From assembly GCA_945905835.1 (NCBI GenBank), contig CAMDQJ010000002.1, positions 14,684-78,683 of the forward strand: a DNA stretch of 64,000 bases. Reading direction: 5' to 3'. The notes under the pieces are model-generated. The model searched no databases and was not told the origin of the DNA. It was given only the letters and a program-made list of their open reading frames with translations. This document shows, in pieces, positions 59,580-64,000 of the stretch (positions are counted from its first letter, which is position 1; the number at the start of each line of letters is the position of its first letter). The stretch comes from Asaia bogorensis (GTDB lineage: Bacteria > Pseudomonadota > Alphaproteobacteria > Reyranellales > Reyranellaceae). A program made the position numbers and the translations under genes.

Positions 59580-60185
59580 TCACCAATCCTTCTCGTCGAA
59601 ATCCTCCGACTCGTCGTCGGGCGGCCTTGGGCCCGGCACGCTGCCGTCGAGCGCCGGCAGGGACAGCACGCGCAATCGCGTCGTCGGTTTCAGCAGCGTG
59701 ACGAGCTCGATCAGCGCCGCGCGCTCGAAGGCGACGCAGCCGCGCGTCGGCGACCAGTCCTCGCGCGCGACATGGAGGAAAATCGCGCTGCCCCATTCGC
59801 CTTCCGCCGGCTCGTCGTTGTAGCCGACCACGACCAGCAGGTCGTAGAGCCCGTCCTTGCGCCAGAGTTTCTCGTGGCTCCATTCGTTGGGCACGTGGAC
59901 CAGCTGGTTGTAGGTCGAGCAGCGCGGATCGTCGCACCAGCCGTCGTGCTCGGCGATCGGCCGGGCCGGCAGGCGGACCTTGGGCAGCACCACCCGGTCG
60001 TTGCGGAAGTAGATGCGGCGCAGCGGATACTCGCCGGCCGGGGTGGCGCTGTCGCCCTCGACCTTGTCTTCCCGCACGCCACCCGCGCCCACGGCGCAAC
60101 GCCAGCGCCGCTCGCCCAGCTGCGCCCAGCCCAGCGCGCCATCGACCGAATCGGCCTGGACGATAAGAACGTCGTCGTCGGACAT
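59580..60185 (-). CDS. L,D-transpeptidase catalytic-domain (YkuD-like) family protein
   Basis: ...[22 protein letters not shown] matches the His...Gly-Cys active-site pattern. Start at MSDDDVL. Confidence 0.7.
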   Translation of the reverse strand: MSDDDVLIVQADSVDGALGWAQLGERRWRCAVGAGGVREDKVEGDSATPAGEYPLRRIYFRNDRVVLPKVRLPARPIAEHDGWCDDPRCSTYNQLVHVPNEWSHEKLWRKDGLYDLLVVVGYNDEPAEGEWGSAIFLHVAREDWSPTRGCVAFERAALIELVTLLKPTTRLRVLSLPALDGSVPGPRPPDDESEDFDEKDW

Positions 60186-60237
60186 TGTCTCAGTCTCCTG
60201 CAAGCTTCATAAAGGCACGTTTTTTCGGGAGAAAGCG

Positions 60238-60939
60238 ATGGCTTATGTCGTAACCGCGCCCGCGATCTTGGGCGTGCCTGTGCAGGGCACCAAGGATCTG
60301 TTTCCCGTCCGCCGCATCTTCTGCGTCGGCCGCAACTATGCCGCCCATGCCCGCGAGATGGGCCACGACCCCGACCGCGAGCCGCCGTTCTTCTTCACCA
60401 AGCCGGCCGACGCCATCGTGGTCTGCGCCGACCCCAAGAACCCGACCAAGGTGGCCTACCCGCCGGCGACCAAGAACCTGCACCACGAGATGGAGCTGGC
60501 GGTCTGCCTGAAGTCGGGCGGCGCCGACATCCCGGTCGACAAGGCGCTCGATCACGTCTTCGGTTATGCCGTCGGTCTCGACATGACCCGGCGCGACCTG
60601 CAGAACCAAGCCAAGGACATGGGCCGGCCGTGGGACATGGGCAAGGGCTTCGACCAGTCCGCGCCGATCGGCGAGATCGTGCCGGCGTCCAAGATCGGCC
60701 ATCCCGCCAAGGGCACGATCCAGCTCGATGTGAAGGGCAAGACCCGCCAGAAGTCCGACCTCAACGCGCTGATCTGGAGCGTGCCGGAAACGATTTCCTA
60801 CCTGTCCGGCCTGGTGACGCTGGCGGCCGGCGACCTGATCTACAGCGGCACGCCCGATGGCGTGGCGGCGGTGGTCAAGGGCGACAAGCTCGAAGGCTTC
60901 GTCGACGGCTGCGGCACCGTGAGCTGCATGCTCGCCTAG
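60238..60939 (+). CDS. Fumarylacetoacetate hydrolase (FAH) family protein
   Basis: [16 protein letters not shown]...[10 protein letters not shown]...DMTRRDLQ...KGFD. 233 aa. Confidence 0.85.
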   Translation: MAYVVTAPAILGVPVQGTKDLFPVRRIFCVGRNYAAHAREMGHDPDREPPFFFTKPADAIVVCADPKNPTKVAYPPATKNLHHEMELAVCLKSGGADIPVDKALDHVFGYAVGLDMTRRDLQNQAKDMGRPWDMGKGFDQSAPIGEIVPASKIGHPAKGTIQLDVKGKTRQKSDLNALIWSVPETISYLSGLVTLAAGDLIYSGTPDGVAAVVKGDKLEGFVDGCGTVSCMLA

Positions 60940-61416
60940 TCAGTACTGAACCTTGTCTGGCTTGTCGGCCCATGCCTGAAAGGCCTGGGCCGCTTCCGGC
61001 AGGTCGAGCTTCACGAACGGAATCGAGCGCCCGGCCATCGGCTTGGCGAACTCGCGATAGATATGATCGTCGTCTAAGCTGATCAGGGCCGCGTCCTCGC
61101 GCGTGTTGCCGTCATAGACGGCATCGAGCCGCGCCCAATAGATCGCGCCCAAACACATCGAACAAGGCTCGCAGCTGGTGTAGAGCGTGAGACCCTGCAG
61201 GTTGAAGCCGCCGATCGCCTTGGTGGCGTCGCGGATCGCCGTCATCTCGGCATGCGCCGTCGGGTCGTTGCTCGACGTCACCTCGTTGAAGCCTTCGGCG
61301 ACGATCCTGTCGCCCCTGGCGACAATGGCGCCGAACGGTCCGCCGAAGCCCGCATCCATGCGCTCGCGCGACAGTTTTATGGCCGCACGCATCATGTCGA
61401 GGTGAAGCTTGTCCAT
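60940..61416 (-). CDS. Nucleoside/guanine deaminase (CMP/dCMP-type zinc deaminase)
   Basis: HAEMTAIRDA and TSCEPCSMCLGA zinc motifs. 158 aa. Confidence 0.8.
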   Translation of the reverse strand: MDKLHLDMMRAAIKLSRERMDAGFGGPFGAIVARGDRIVAEGFNEVTSSNDPTAHAEMTAIRDATKAIGGFNLQGLTLYTSCEPCSMCLGAIYWARLDAVYDGNTREDAALISLDDDHIYREFAKPMAGRSIPFVKLDLPEAAQAFQAWADKPDKVQY

Positions 61417-61437
61417 GGGCTCAGCTTACACGCACTG

Positions 61438-61480
61438 CCTCATCCTGAGGAGGTGCGCAGCGCCGTCTCGAAGGATGAGG
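61438..61480. repeat. REP-like palindromic intergenic element
   Basis: CCTCATCCT-GAGGAGGTGCGCAGCGCCGTCTCGA-AGGATGAGG, a 9-bp perfect stem. Shares the TCCTGAGG...CGAAGGA core with 2228-2330. Confidence 0.5.
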
Positions 61481-61489
61481 TGGGTGGTC

Positions 61490-62413
61490 CTAAAGCTGCT
61501 GCGCCCTGAACGTATCGCAGCGGTTCATGTCGCCGCTCTCCAGTCCGGTGCGGAACCAGCGCACGCGTTGAGTGCTGCTGCCGTGGGTAAAGCTGTCGGG
61601 CACGACGCGGCCCTGGGCCTGGCGCTGCAGGCGGTCGTCGCCGATCGCCGTCGCCGCCGCCAGCGCCTGGTCGACGTCCTTGTCGCCGATCATGGTGCCG
61701 CCGCGCTGTTTGTTGGCGTGGTAGGCCCAGACACCGGCGAAACAATCGGCCTGCAGCTCGATACGCACCGACAGCGCGTTGCCGTCGCGCTTGCTCATCG
61801 ACTCGCGCATCTGCTGCACCTTGGTCGAGATGCCCAGGAGGTTCTGGACGTGATGGCCGACCTCGTGGGCGATGACATAGGCCTGCGGGAACTGGCCGGG
61901 CGCACGGAAGCGCGTGGCGAGCTCGTCGAAGAAGGCGAGGTCGATGTAGACGCGCTGGTCGGGCGGGCAATAGAACGGACCCATGGCGGCCTGGCCGGCG
62001 CCGCAGCTCGTCTGGGTGGCGTCGTGGAACAGCACCAGGCGCGGCTGGCGATACTGCCGGCCGGCCTTCTGAAACTGCTCGCCCCAGACATCCTCGGTGC
62101 TCTTGAGCACGCGCGACACGAACTGGGTTTCGGCATCGCCGGCCGGCGCTTGCCGCGCGGCCCTGGGGGGAGACGGCGCGACGTCCGAATAGCCGGAAGA
62201 ACCGCCGGTCAGGCCACCCAGCAGCGCCATCGGATCGACGCCGAAGATCAGCGCCATCACCACCACGGCTACCAGGCCGAAGCCGCCGCGGAACAGGCCG
62301 CCGCCGCCCATCGGAATGGGGATGCCCATTCCGCCGCCGCCCATTCCGCCGAAGCCCCCGCCTGCGCCGCGGCGATCCTCGATGTTGCTGCTCTCGTCGC
62401 CATCCATCTGCAT
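61490..62413 (-). CDS. Neutral zinc metallopeptidase (YpfJ family)
   Basis: SSNIEDRRG, a Gly-rich TM region, and YVIAHEVGHHVQ (HEXXH). Confidence 0.8.
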   Translation of the reverse strand: MQMDGDESSNIEDRRGAGGGFGGMGGGGMGIPIPMGGGGLFRGGFGLVAVVVMALIFGVDPMALLGGLTGGSSGYSDVAPSPPRAARQAPAGDAETQFVSRVLKSTEDVWGEQFQKAGRQYRQPRLVLFHDATQTSCGAGQAAMGPFYCPPDQRVYIDLAFFDELATRFRAPGQFPQAYVIAHEVGHHVQNLLGISTKVQQMRESMSKRDGNALSVRIELQADCFAGVWAYHANKQRGGTMIGDKDVDQALAAATAIGDDRLQRQAQGRVVPDSFTHGSSTQRVRWFRTGLESGDMNRCDTFRAQQL

Positions 62414-62453
62414 GGTGTGATCTCCGTCCCGCCTTGCCATATAGTGAGCCGGA

Positions 62454-63275
62454 ATGAGCCTCACCATTGCCACCTGGAACATAAATTCGGTTCGCCTGCG
62501 CATCGGCAACGTCGAACGCTTCCTGAAGTTGCGCAGGCCGGACGTGCTTTGCCTGCAGGAGACCAAGACTCCGGACGAATTCTTCCCGCACGCCGCCTTC
62601 GAGAAGCTGGGCTACATCCATCGGCTGATACACGGCATGAAGGGTTATAACGGCGTGGCCATCGTCTCGAAGATCCCGTTCACCGCCACTACCATCCATC
62701 ACCGTTGCGGCAAGGAGGATTGCCGCCACATCGAGGCGGCGCTCGATACCGGCGGCGATCCGATCCTTCTGGACAATCTCTACATCCCGGCCGGCGGCGA
62801 CATTCCCGATCCCAAGGCCAACGTGAAGTTCGCGCACAAGCTCGATTTCTACCGCGAGATGGCCAAGTGGTACGAAGGCCACCGCCCCAAGCCGCGCGCC
62901 CGCAAGGGCCTGCGCCGCGTCGCCGTCGGCGACCTCAACGTGGCGCCGCTCGAGCACGACGTGTGGAGCCACAAGCAGCTCCTCAAGATCGTCTCGCACA
63001 CCCCGGTCGAGGTCGATTTGTTTGGCCGCATGCAGGCGGCACTCGACTGGATCGATGTGCCGCGGCGTTTCGTGCCCGAGGGCGAGAAGCTCTATTCGTG
63101 GTGGAGCTATCGTGCCGCCGACTGGCGGGCCGCCGACAAGGGCCGCCGGCTCGACCATATCCTGGCCTCGCCGGCGCTCTCCGGTGCGATCAGCGGCTAC
63201 CGCATCGAAAAAGAAACGCGCGGCTGGGAACAGGCGTCCGACCACGTGCCCGTGCTCGCGACGTTCGACGTCTAG
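62454..63275 (+). CDS. xthA: Exodeoxyribonuclease III
   Basis: IATWNINSVR...DVLCLQETK...GDLNVAP...SDHVPV. 273 aa. Confidence 0.9.
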   Translation: MSLTIATWNINSVRLRIGNVERFLKLRRPDVLCLQETKTPDEFFPHAAFEKLGYIHRLIHGMKGYNGVAIVSKIPFTATTIHHRCGKEDCRHIEAALDTGGDPILLDNLYIPAGGDIPDPKANVKFAHKLDFYREMAKWYEGHRPKPRARKGLRRVAVGDLNVAPLEHDVWSHKQLLKIVSHTPVEVDLFGRMQAALDWIDVPRRFVPEGEKLYSWWSYRAADWRAADKGRRLDHILASPALSGAISGYRIEKETRGWEQASDHVPVLATFDV

Positions 63276-63286
63276 ACGGAGGAAAC

Positions 63287-63529
63287 ATGAGCATTCTCGG
63301 CATCATCGTCATCGGGCTGCTGATCGGCTTGGTCGCCCGCTTCATCACGCCGGGCCCCAATCCGCGCGGCATCATCGTCACCATGGTGATCGGCATCGTC
63401 GGCGCCTTCATCGCGACCTACGGCGGCCAGGCGCTCGGCCTCTACCAGGTCGGCCAGCCCGCGGGCTTCATCGGCTCTGTGCTGGGTGCGGCCGTCCTGC
63501 TGGTGCTGTTGCGGCTGTTCGGCCGTTAA
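63287..63529 (+). CDS. GlsB/YeaQ/YmgE family stress-response membrane protein
   Basis: MSILGIIVIGLLIGLVARFITPG... 80 aa. GGAGGA Shine-Dalgarno sequence. Confidence 0.8.
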   Translation: MSILGIIVIGLLIGLVARFITPGPNPRGIIVTMVIGIVGAFIATYGGQALGLYQVGQPAGFIGSVLGAAVLLVLLRLFGR

Positions 63530-63984
63530 GCCACGCGATAGATGAAGTAGCGGTCCTTCGGCGCGCCCGGAGGATTGCGCAGGCGCCGCCAGCGGGCGAC
63601 GCTCAGCGCCTGGTTGGCCAGCACGTAGCAGCCCTTGGCCGCAAGCGTGTCGAGCGCAGGACCAAGCCACACGCCCATCGCCACGTTGTCCCGGCGAACG
63701 CCGGTCCCCAGATCGGTATGGATCAGCGCGGCGGTGGCGCCGAGCCGCCGGAGCGCGCGCGGAATCGATTTGTGCGCGTCGCCCAGGAACAGGCGGTCGT
63801 CGGGCGGGATGCAATCGGGATGCGCCGCCACCTTGCGCTCGAAGACGTAGATGTCGCGGCGGGGAAAAAGCGTGCGCAGGTGATCGTAGGTGCGGCCGTT
63901 GCCAAGGCCGACTTCGAGGATCGGACCCGGCGACTTGGCGATGCGATCGGCGAGAAAGTTCAGGCAATCGCGCTGCGCCTGCAT
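63526..63984 (-). CDS. Small class I SAM-dependent methyltransferase-like protein (start may lie further upstream, near the window edge)
   Basis: ILEVGLGNGRTYDHL Gly-rich SAM-binding-like motif. The reading frame stays open upstream of the ATG at 63984. Confidence 0.55.
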   Translation of the reverse strand: MQAQRDCLNFLADRIAKSPGPILEVGLGNGRTYDHLRTLFPRRDIYVFERKVAAHPDCIPPDDRLFLGDAHKSIPRALRRLGATAALIHTDLGTGVRRDNVAMGVWLGPALDTLAAKGCYVLANQALSVARWRRLRNPPGAPKDRYFIYRVA

Positions 63985-64000
63985 GCGCGCGATGAAACTG

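Overview
GC-rich chromosomal segment with gene content and order typical of an alphaproteobacterium (taxon is inference). It looks origin-proximal. Order along the window: maeB (5' partial), an amidohydrolase, panE-like, rmuC, purH, a hemE-hemH-hemJ operon, a candidate oriC in the hemE/DUF299 intergenic region, glnD, mnmE-mnmG-rsmG-parA-parB with two perfect parS palindromes, holA and leuS, a porin, lutABC chained to a methyltransferase and a TPR/GT41 glycosyltransferase, cls, mltA, rph/rdgB/hemW, hrcA and xthA. I recognised no rRNA, tRNA, CRISPR array, transposase, integrase, prophage or defence-system gene. The most unusual property is gene decay. About 14 of roughly 70 genes are broken by clean in-frame stop codons, frameshifts or internal deletions, or survive only as short stubs, while core informational genes are intact. 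This means either real early-stage gene loss or an error-prone assembly, and I cannot tell which from the sequence alone. Other points worth a second look are a cluster of 8 GANTC sites at the putative origin, a split ComDE-like TPP decarboxylase appended to the heme operon, a lutABC-methyltransferase-GT41 translationally coupled chain, absence of lptE and grpE from their usual positions, REP-like palindromes, and several sub-60-codon ORFs. All functional calls come from reading the supplied translations and motifs by eye; no database search was run. Start codons are approximate where noted.
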